Sequence record: SRR31156797_3892
Direction: 5' to 3' (one strand)
DNA length: 34,825 nucleotides
Positions 27,202 through 34,825 of this stretch are shown piece by piece. The notes under the pieces were generated by a model. The model was not told the origin of the DNA. It saw only the letters and a program-made list of their open reading frames with translations, and made no database searches. Each line of letters starts with the position of its first letter. Position 1 is the stretch's first letter. The translations under genes and the position numbers were made by a program.

Positions 27202-28290
27202 TTATTCACTAGTACTTTCTTTCAGGCCTTTATTGATCTGTCTGCGTTTTCTGATATTTGTGGAAATGGCATGCGCTGCAATACCAACACCGGTTGCAAT
27301 ACCCAACCCAACGCCTATGTCATCAGCAGTGGTTTCGATTCCAAATCCGGGGAAGCTTTGCAAGTGCTGGTAGAATGGGCCATTATCCCAGAAATTTGCT
27401 TCGCTACAGCCAATGCACGGGTGCCCTGACTGAATGGGGAAACTCACCCCATTGTTCCATCGGGTTACCCCACAGGCATTGTATGTTACCGGACCGCGGC
27501 AACCAACTTTATAAAGGCAATACCCACGCTTGGCATTTTCGTCATCAAATGACTGCACAAACAAACCGGCATCATAATTAGGTCGGCGATAACAGGTGTC
27601 ATGCACCCGCCTTGAATAGAATGCTTTTGGCCTTCCAAGGGCATCGAGTTGTGGAATGCGATCGAAAGCCAGGAGGTGGACAATTACACCAGCCATCACT
27701 TCAGCAATGGGCGGGCAACCTTGCACGTTAACAATAGGCTTACCTTTAATCACTTTATGAATGGGCCGGGCTCCGGTAGGATTCGGGTCGGCGGCCTGCA
27801 CACAACCGGCAGAAGCACAGTTACCCCAGGCAACAATTGCTTTTGCTCCGTCGGCAACCTCTTCAACGATTTGCTTTGCACTTCTGCCTCCAATGCAACA
27901 ATAGGCTTCATTCCCAACCGGAACTGAGCCCTCAACCAGCATCAGGTATTCTCCATGATGTTTTGTAATGGTGTCGTGGAGTGATTTTTCAGCCTGGTGA
28001 CCTGCAGCGGCCATCAGGGTTTCGGTATAATCAAGTGAAATTTTGTCGAGCAAAATATCTGCAGCAATTGGATGCGAGGATCTGATGAAAGACTCACTGC
28101 AACATGTACATTCCTGGAAATGCATCCAAACTACCGGAATTCTTGATTTTGTTTCGAGTGCCCTGGCAACTTGCGCAACACCACTTGCCTCCAGACCGAG
28201 CATTGCTGCCATGGTACCGCAAAACTTCAGGAAATCTCGCCGGGAATGTCCGGCTTCTCTAACTTCTTGATAAATGGTAGGCTTTTTCAT
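27202..28290 (-). CDS. hyaA: [NiFe]-hydrogenase small subunit (Tat-exported, C-terminal anchor)
   Basis: Tat motif SRRDFLK. ECTCCSESF, WGNCASAGC, GCPP, HDTCYRR, CLYKVGC, FPIQSGHPCIGC. C-terminal TM helix. Confidence 0.97.
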   Translation of the reverse strand: MKKPTIYQEVREAGHSRRDFLKFCGTMAAMLGLEASGVAQVARALETKSRIPVVWMHFQECTCCSESFIRSSHPIAADILLDKISLDYTETLMAAAGHQAEKSLHDTITKHHGEYLMLVEGSVPVGNEAYCCIGGRSAKQIVEEVADGAKAIVAWGNCASAGCVQAADPNPTGARPIHKVIKGKPIVNVQGCPPIAEVMAGVIVHLLAFDRIPQLDALGRPKAFYSRRVHDTCYRRPNYDAGLFVQSFDDENAKRGYCLYKVGCRGPVTYNACGVTRWNNGVSFPIQSGHPCIGCSEANFWDNGPFYQHLQSFPGFGIETTADDIGVGLGIATGVGIAAHAISTNIRKRRQINKGLKESTSE

Positions 28291-28411
28291 ACAAAATGTT
28301 TTGATTCGTTATTTTTATTTATGTACATAATTTCAATCACACATTGCACCATATGACTGGTGTAACCGGAATAAAATCAGAAACTGACACAAAAAATATA
28401 TAGCGAAACAA

Positions 28412-28669
28412 TTAGTAATTCCCTTGATCTTCCTCTTCAATCTTTTCGCCCATTTCCCTGAAAATCTCCAGGGTTTCCATTGCTGACTCTTCATCGATCT
28501 TACTAATTGCCGTACCTACATGAACCAAAACATAATCACCAAGATCAGCTTCGGGTAACCACTCCAGACAAGCATCTATGATGTTTCCGCTAATATCAAC
28601 CCTGGCCATTCGCAAGCCCGGAACGGAATCATTTACTTCGATTATTTTACCTGGAACTGCAAGACACAT
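28412..28669 (-). CDS. hypC: Hydrogenase maturation chaperone HypC/HupF
   Basis: MCLAVPG N-terminus and GDYVLVHVG.A motif. Confidence 0.95.
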   Translation of the reverse strand: MCLAVPGKIIEVNDSVPGLRMARVDISGNIIDACLEWLPEADLGDYVLVHVGTAISKIDEESAMETLEIFREMGEKIEEEDQGNY

Positions 28670-28775
28670 GTTACCCGATTTTTACCATTTGGTGAATGAT
28701 GAATTTGAAAACTTCTTGTAAATATAGCATATAAATACCCGTTGTCCAGCATTTTGACTAATTACCACCCAATCT

Positions 28776-28789
28776 ATGATATATATCAA
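28776..28789 (-). promoter_or_regulatory. FNR/CRP-family-like palindrome upstream of hypC-hyaABC
   Basis: The minus strand reads TTGAT-ATAT-ATCAT, one mismatch to TTGAT-N4-ATCAA. Confidence 0.45.
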
Positions 28790-28850
28790 CCAAACTAAAG
28801 TATTGTGACGGGAATTCTTTATGGAAATAAAGCAGCCGGACAAGGATCAA

Positions 28851-29324
28851 TCAATCGATATCAGCAAGGAGTTTATCGATCATTTTAGAAATGAGGGGAA
28901 TCGTTTTTTGAATTTCAGGTGATAGTTTCATGTTGATGTCCTGATCAGCATGGATGGAAACAGTGATGAGATAAATTTTAGGCAAATGCTCAAGCAAAGC
29001 CGCGGATTCAATCAGGTCGCGAAGGCCAATATCATGTGAACTGAGGACTTTTGGAAAGTCAGAGGCAAATTCAGGCTCAATCAGGGCAAGGCTTCCGGGT
29101 TCACTGTCATCAATAGTTGCATCAATCATGATGATGGTTTTATACTGCTCCAATACTGATAAAATATAAAACCCGCCGGTTCCACCATCCAGTAGATCAA
29201 TATGGTCAGGAAATTGCCAATTTTCAAGCTCTTTTACCACCCTAACGCCAATTCCTTCATCACCCAATAAAATATTTCCAAGCCCCAAAATGAGGATGCT
29301 TTCCTTAGAGTTTGACTGCTCCAT
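28851..29324 (-). CDS. Hydrogenase maturation endopeptidase (HyaD/HybD family)
   Basis: ILGLGNILLGDEGIG, LDGGT, IDA, SSHDIGL. Start at ATG 29324 (MEQSN). Confidence 0.93.
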   Translation of the reverse strand: MEQSNSKESILILGLGNILLGDEGIGVRVVKELENWQFPDHIDLLDGGTGGFYILSVLEQYKTIIMIDATIDDSEPGSLALIEPEFASDFPKVLSSHDIGLRDLIESAALLEHLPKIYLITVSIHADQDINMKLSPEIQKTIPLISKMIDKLLADID

Positions 29325-29610
29325 GATGATTTGAATTAGTAGATGGCTAAAATAACAAAGATTTTCTGACGCGTTTTTCAAATGTGGCAGAAAAAAATCT
29401 GTCCGGGTTTTACGAACGGCTTTTTTATCCAATCAACTCAACTGACAAGATTTTATTCTCCCGGAAGATTGCTTCAAAATCTCAGTTGTTATCATCATTA
29501 TGTCCGATGCGCATAGGAAATAACATTATTTACATTTTCGACCACAAAGATTTTCTACTTTATGCTCACCTAAATTCCCTAATTTTGGTTTTTGTACAAT
29601 CCATATTTTT

Positions 29611-30447
29611 ATGAGCCATGAAGTAAAAAACATCACCAAGAAATCGGGCGAAATAGCTCCTTTTGATGATCGAAAATTAAAACGCTCACTGGAAAGAGCA
29701 GGTGCCGGAGAGGATGACATACAGGAAATTGTAAAAAATGTAACCAGCAAGCTTATTGATGGTATGTCGACCCATAAAGTTTATCAAATGGCCTATGCCA
29801 TCCTAAGGAAAAGGTCGCAGCATGTGGCCGGAAAATACCGCTTAAAAAAAGCCATTTTTGAATTGGGGCCCACCGGTTTTCCATTTGAAAAATTTGTTGG
29901 AGAGTTATTAAAAAACCAGGGATACCAGGTTGAGGTTGGAAAAATTGTACAGGGCCATTGTGTGCAGCATGAAGTGGATGTTGTGGCAGAAAAAGATGAT
30001 AGGAAAATCATGATTGAATGCAAATTTCACCGCGATGCATCCAGAAAAAGTGATGTTAAAGTGAGTTTGTACATCCAGTCCCGTTTTTTGGATATTGAAA
30101 AGCAGTGGAATAAAAACACAGTGTTAAACCAGCGGTTTCACCAGGGATGGATTGTAACCAATACCCGGTTTACCGAAGATGCCATGCAATACGGGAAATG
30201 TTGCGGCTTGCACCTTATCTCCTGGGATTATCCGGCCGGAAGCAGTCTGCGCGATCGTATCGACCATTCCGGGCTCCATCCATTAACGGCATTGCAAACA
30301 TTGAAAAAAAGCGAAAAACAGGACTTACTTGAACTTGGAATTGTATTATCGCGGGATATCAAATGGGAAAATCTCCAACAAATAGGCTTGAGTAAAATCA
30401 TGACTCGCAAAGTTTTGAAGGAAGCTGATGAGTTGACCAGATTATAA
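29611..30447 (+). CDS. ATP-cone domain fused to Mrr-like PD-(D/E)xK endonuclease domain
   Basis: N-terminal ITKKSGEIAPFDDRKLKRSL (ATP-cone). GFPFEKFV...EVDVVAEK...IECK...VTNTRFT.DA (Mrr_cat-like). Confidence 0.85.
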   Translation: MSHEVKNITKKSGEIAPFDDRKLKRSLERAGAGEDDIQEIVKNVTSKLIDGMSTHKVYQMAYAILRKRSQHVAGKYRLKKAIFELGPTGFPFEKFVGELLKNQGYQVEVGKIVQGHCVQHEVDVVAEKDDRKIMIECKFHRDASRKSDVKVSLYIQSRFLDIEKQWNKNTVLNQRFHQGWIVTNTRFTEDAMQYGKCCGLHLISWDYPAGSSLRDRIDHSGLHPLTALQTLKKSEKQDLLELGIVLSRDIKWENLQQIGLSKIMTRKVLKEADELTRL

Positions 30448-30475
30448 AACAACCAAAACGTATACTAAAAAAAAC

Positions 30476-30509
30476 AAAAAGCCGATTGGAAAATCCAATC
30501 GGCTTTTTT
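30476..30509. terminator. Bidirectional intrinsic terminator
   Basis: Perfect inverted repeat AAAAAGCCGATTGGA / TCCAATCGGCTTTTT between convergent genes. Confidence 0.9.
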
Positions 30510-30535
30510 ATTAACCCTATTCGACTTTTAGATAT

Positions 30536-31549
30536 TTATCTCATGGGATATTTTTTCAAAATCTCGTCCGACTTCATCAGAATATCAACATACTGGGCAC
30601 GCTTATAGGCAAAAGGGTCCTTAACATTTTTTTTGGAGAGCTTTCCCTTGAAAGCATCGATATTGGCATAGCCTTTCTTATCCATCCATGCATTGATGTC
30701 GTTGAGCATTTTGTTGACCTGGCCAATACCATTTTTGTAAAGTGTTGAAACAACCTGCACCACATCAGCGCCGGCGAGCAGGGTTTGGATGGCATCGTCG
30801 CCTGTAAGGATACCTGTATTTCCGGCAATGTCGGCCTTGATGTTATCGTAAAGTAATCCTGCAAAACGCAACACTAACCTATGATCTCCATTGTTGCTCA
30901 GGTACCACGGGAATACCAGTTGTTCTGTTTCAATATTCACATCTGGCTGGAAAACTCTGTTGAACATCACAAAACCGTCAACACCAACTTTATCCATTTC
31001 AGTTACCACCTTTACAATGTTTGTATAAAAGGGGCTCAACTTAACAGTTACAGGAATATCAACCGTATGCTTCACTTTTTTGAGTATTGCCATTTGCTGC
31101 TCAACAATTTCTTTTCCCGGTTTAGCTGCATTGGTTGGGCTGGCATAAAAGTTTAATTCCAGTGCTTTCACACCGGTTTCTGCCATCTTTTTGGCATATT
31201 CACCCCAGGTAACATCATACACACAGTTGAGGCTTCCGATAACCGGAATTTCCATTTGCTCAACTACTTTTGCCAGATTGTGAAGATGCTCCTCGGGTCC
31301 GGCATGTTCAACCTTTGGGAAAAGCGTAACCATTTCGGCATGACGCTCATTGTATTCTTCCAGGTTGTCGTCGTGCTGGGCACGCTCAAGTTGAATTTGT
31401 TCTTCAAAAAGGGATTTATACACAATTGCCGCTGCGCCGGCATCTTCTATTTGTTTAAGTGCATCCGTATCAGTTACCAGGTTGCTGGAACCAATAATAA
31501 TTGGATTTTTAAGCTCTAATCCTGCGTAAGTAGTCTTTAAATCAGCCAT
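30536..31549 (-). CDS. Dihydroorotate dehydrogenase-like FMN protein (PFOR-associated type)
   Basis: DLKTTYAGLELKNPII, KSLFEEQI, ELN, VKLSP, FNR.FQPD, LLAGADVVQV. TATTTTTG on the minus strand at 31601-31608. Confidence 0.88.
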   Translation of the reverse strand: MADLKTTYAGLELKNPIIIGSSNLVTDTDALKQIEDAGAAAIVYKSLFEEQIQLERAQHDDNLEEYNERHAEMVTLFPKVEHAGPEEHLHNLAKVVEQMEIPVIGSLNCVYDVTWGEYAKKMAETGVKALELNFYASPTNAAKPGKEIVEQQMAILKKVKHTVDIPVTVKLSPFYTNIVKVVTEMDKVGVDGFVMFNRVFQPDVNIETEQLVFPWYLSNNGDHRLVLRFAGLLYDNIKADIAGNTGILTGDDAIQTLLAGADVVQVVSTLYKNGIGQVNKMLNDINAWMDKKGYANIDAFKGKLSKKNVKDPFAYKRAQYVDILMKSDEILKKYPMR

Positions 31550-31810
31550 TATTAAAAAGTTTTATTGATTCTTTTATAGTTCACTAAAAATTTGTTTTGG
31601 CAAAAATATCAAAAAAAAAGTCAATGAATTGTGGGCTAAGGATTTTTAACCGATTAAATATTTAATTTTTGTGAATATTCCTTTATTCATAATACCATCC
31701 GGGGATAGATTAAACACGAATCCTGCTTCCACATTTTTAAATTATTAAAATGAAATAACAACTTCTGATGATAGGTGAATAATTTGGTGAAGCCTTAAAC
31801 AAAGAGTAGC

Positions 31811-33973
31811 TTACCGGGATTTGATCCTGACACAAAAAACGGACCCTTCGCCAGGTTTTGATTTCACCCGGATGTCTCCATTCATCATATCTACAAACTC
31901 CTTTACTATGCGCAGTCCTAAACCTGTTCCGAGCTCATTATCTGTACCGGCCATCGAATCCGGAATGTGCTTTGTAAACAGCTTGTTTACATATTCCTGC
32001 GTCATACCTATTCCCTGATCCTCTACATAAATCTCCAGTTTGTCCGCATCCTTGCTGGCATTGATTTTTACCTGTTTCCCCGGATGACTAAACTTTATTG
32101 AATTATTTACCAGGTTTCTGAGTATGGTCCTGATCATCACTTCATCAGCTTTTATCTGCATGGATTCATCAACCAGGTTTAACAGTTTAACATTTTTCAC
32201 CTCAGCACGTTGTGTCAATTCATTGATCTGGCTTCCAACAATCTGATGGAGATTATACTGATCAATATGAAGTTGAACCAGTCCGCGTTGCATCATAGAC
32301 CATTGAAGGAGATTTTCAAGCAGACCATAGGTCTTAACACTTTGGGTGTTGAGTGTTTTAATCAGGCTCTTTTTTTCATCATCATCAAGATCATCATACT
32401 CTGATGTAAGAATATCCAAAAATCCAAGCAGGGTGTTAAAAGGAGATCGTAAATCATGGGCGATAATGGAAAACATTTTATCCTTTGTGGCATTTACCTC
32501 TTCAAGGTTCACCTTTTGTTGGTTTACCTCGTTATTAAGAGCGGTTAATTCTTTATTGACCCGTGTAAGTTTTACCCTACTGCTAAAAAGTATAATTGCA
32601 ATAACAATTGTAAACACCAGCACCACTGCGATGAGTACTACAAGCAGATATTGATTTTGTATGGTTTTTTCCTGCAAAAGAACATCATCTTTCAATTGTT
32701 GATTCTCCCTGGTTTTCTTTTCCGACTCGTATTTCTCCTGTAATTCAGTTACAGTTTCACGATATTCGAGATTCCTAACACTATCGATATGATTATGGTA
32801 ATCTTTATAAAAATCAAGTGCTTTTTCATACGCACCGGCCTTTTCATAATAAGTCGATTTTCTACTAAGTAAATCTTCAATAAACTTAAACTGGCTCGTT
32901 TCATAAATCACATCTTCAATTACCTGAAGCCTGGATTTTCCCTGTTTCAATTTGTTTTCCATCATGTCTATATCAAACAATCGCAAATTATTGAACATGA
33001 GCCCAAGCTTTACCCCTTGTTTTGTAGATACCTCAATAGATTTATCAAAATTGATTCTGGCATTCCGGAAGTCTCCTTTTTCATAATAAAGGTTGCCCAG
33101 ATTGAAATAGTACCGTGCATAATCACTATTAAAGCCATATTTCTCATTTAGTTTCTGGGATTTTTGATAATACACAAGTGCAGAATCATACGAACCAAGC
33201 TCCTTGTAAGCAATACCAATATTTGAATAATTCATCGAGAGGTGATAATATTCACCCAATTCTCTGTTGATTGCAATTGCCCTTTTCAGATAGTCAATCG
33301 ACTTTTCATAGTCCCCATTTTGCTGGTTAATTGTTGCAATGTTATTCAGGGTAATTGCTGCAGATTCCAGTTCACCGGTTTCCTCAAACAGTTGAAAGGC
33401 TTTCAGGTAATATTCATAAGCCTTCTGCATATCACCGACATCACTGTAAGTCATACCAAGGTTGTTATAGCCTGCAGCCATATTAAACAGATTCCCCTGC
33501 TTCTCAGCAAATTCCAGAGCAAGGGTGTAATAGAATAATGTGCTGTCATAATTTGATTTTTCATCAAAAACATTTCCCAACGTATTAATCGATGAAAACA
33601 CAAATTCGTTGGACTCTCCCTGTTGGGTAATATTGTATGCGTTTCTGGCATAGGGTACTGCCGAATCAGGGTACCCTGCATAAACCAGGTTTTGGGCCAA
33701 AGCTATATTTGCACCGGCAAGCGAAACATCATTATCTATTATCTCGGCAAGTTTGAGTGCTTTAAAAGCATAATCAATTCCTTTTTCAGGATTTATTGTA
33801 TGTAATCTATTGGCCAGTGAAAAATAAATTTCGTACTTATCCTGATCGGATTTTGCATCCGGAATCATGGACTCCAAAATGGTTATCGAATCTGACTGAC
33901 CGGAAACAACCTGCGGAAAAAATACCAGCAAAAGTAAAGTTGAAAAAATGAGATGTTTAAGGGTCCTGTTCAT
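31811..33973 (-). CDS. Sensor histidine kinase with extracytoplasmic TPR domain
   Basis: Signal peptide from ATG 33973 and TPR repeats (YNNLG, LNNIA, YSNIG, YFNLG). One TM helix. H-box IAHDLRSP, N-box RNLVNNSIKFS, G boxes DQGIG and GTGLGL. Confidence 0.93.
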   Translation of the reverse strand: MNRTLKHLIFSTLLLLVFFPQVVSGQSDSITILESMIPDAKSDQDKYEIYFSLANRLHTINPEKGIDYAFKALKLAEIIDNDVSLAGANIALAQNLVYAGYPDSAVPYARNAYNITQQGESNEFVFSSINTLGNVFDEKSNYDSTLFYYTLALEFAEKQGNLFNMAAGYNNLGMTYSDVGDMQKAYEYYLKAFQLFEETGELESAAITLNNIATINQQNGDYEKSIDYLKRAIAINRELGEYYHLSMNYSNIGIAYKELGSYDSALVYYQKSQKLNEKYGFNSDYARYYFNLGNLYYEKGDFRNARINFDKSIEVSTKQGVKLGLMFNNLRLFDIDMMENKLKQGKSRLQVIEDVIYETSQFKFIEDLLSRKSTYYEKAGAYEKALDFYKDYHNHIDSVRNLEYRETVTELQEKYESEKKTRENQQLKDDVLLQEKTIQNQYLLVVLIAVVLVFTIVIAIILFSSRVKLTRVNKELTALNNEVNQQKVNLEEVNATKDKMFSIIAHDLRSPFNTLLGFLDILTSEYDDLDDDEKKSLIKTLNTQSVKTYGLLENLLQWSMMQRGLVQLHIDQYNLHQIVGSQINELTQRAEVKNVKLLNLVDESMQIKADEVMIRTILRNLVNNSIKFSHPGKQVKINASKDADKLEIYVEDQGIGMTQEYVNKLFTKHIPDSMAGTDNELGTGLGLRIVKEFVDMMNGDIRVKSKPGEGSVFCVRIKSR

Positions 33974-34037
33974 GCTCAGTTGTTTGATAAAAACAAAAGT
34001 AACCAAAAAGAAATGCGTTTAAAAAGGAATATCAACA

Positions 34038-34055
34038 ATGTTATAAAAATCACAA
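34038..34055. promoter_or_regulatory. Possible Rex-like operator in the kinase/nifJ divergent region
   Basis: ATGTTA-TAAAAA-TCACAA versus the Rex consensus TTGTGA-W6-TCACAA (2 mismatches). The region is AT-rich. Confidence 0.3.
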
Positions 34056-34267
34056 TTTAGAAAGGATATAAATTTCTATTCAGTGTACATTTTTGTGATA
34101 AAGGCGATGTTTTCTAAATGCTTTTAAGCTTGGCATTTAATGAATAAGTTAATCTAAAATGATTTTAAATAGCTGATTTTGACGGCGAAATAGGTTTTGT
34201 AAGAATCAAATTTGATGTTTAATCAGTAATTTCGTGCCAATTTTTCAAAATCGAATCAGAGGATTAA

Positions 34268-34825
<558 letters not shown>

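Noticed and set aside
29611-30447. Classical restriction-modification system or mobile island
   Set aside because: There is no methyltransferase, integrase or flanking direct repeat.

Overview
A 34.8-kb chromosomal segment from a Bacteroidota bacterium, most likely an environmental Bacteroidales. This is inferred from the T9SS C-terminal domains, TAnnTTTG promoter elements, a GH92/sulfatase pair and a TPR histidine kinase. In order it holds: the 3' end of yceI; a T9SS-secreted vWA protein; a GH13 lipoprotein; a heme oxygenase-like protein with an extra C-terminal helical domain; a 1763-aa protein with 14 repeats of about 89 aa; a three-gene module (membrane LytTR regulator, B12-binding radical SAM enzyme, fatty-acid desaturase); a second T9SS protein; a conserved hypothetical; GH92; sulfatase; esterase; an MDR oxidoreductase; a membrane-bound [NiFe]-hydrogenase cluster with O2-tolerance signatures; an ATP-cone/PD-(D/E)xK nuclease; a DHOD-like flavoprotein; a TPR sensor kinase; and the 5' part of nifJ/PFOR. 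I saw no rRNA, tRNA, CRISPR array or transposase. The best candidates for new biology are (i) the LytTR-rSAM-desaturase module with phased operator-like repeats, (ii) the heme oxygenase fusion, (iii) an orphan 54-bp tandem array of alternating inverted motifs between GH92 and the sulfatase, and (iv) the ATP-cone nuclease. All family calls come from motif recognition by eye; no database searches were run.
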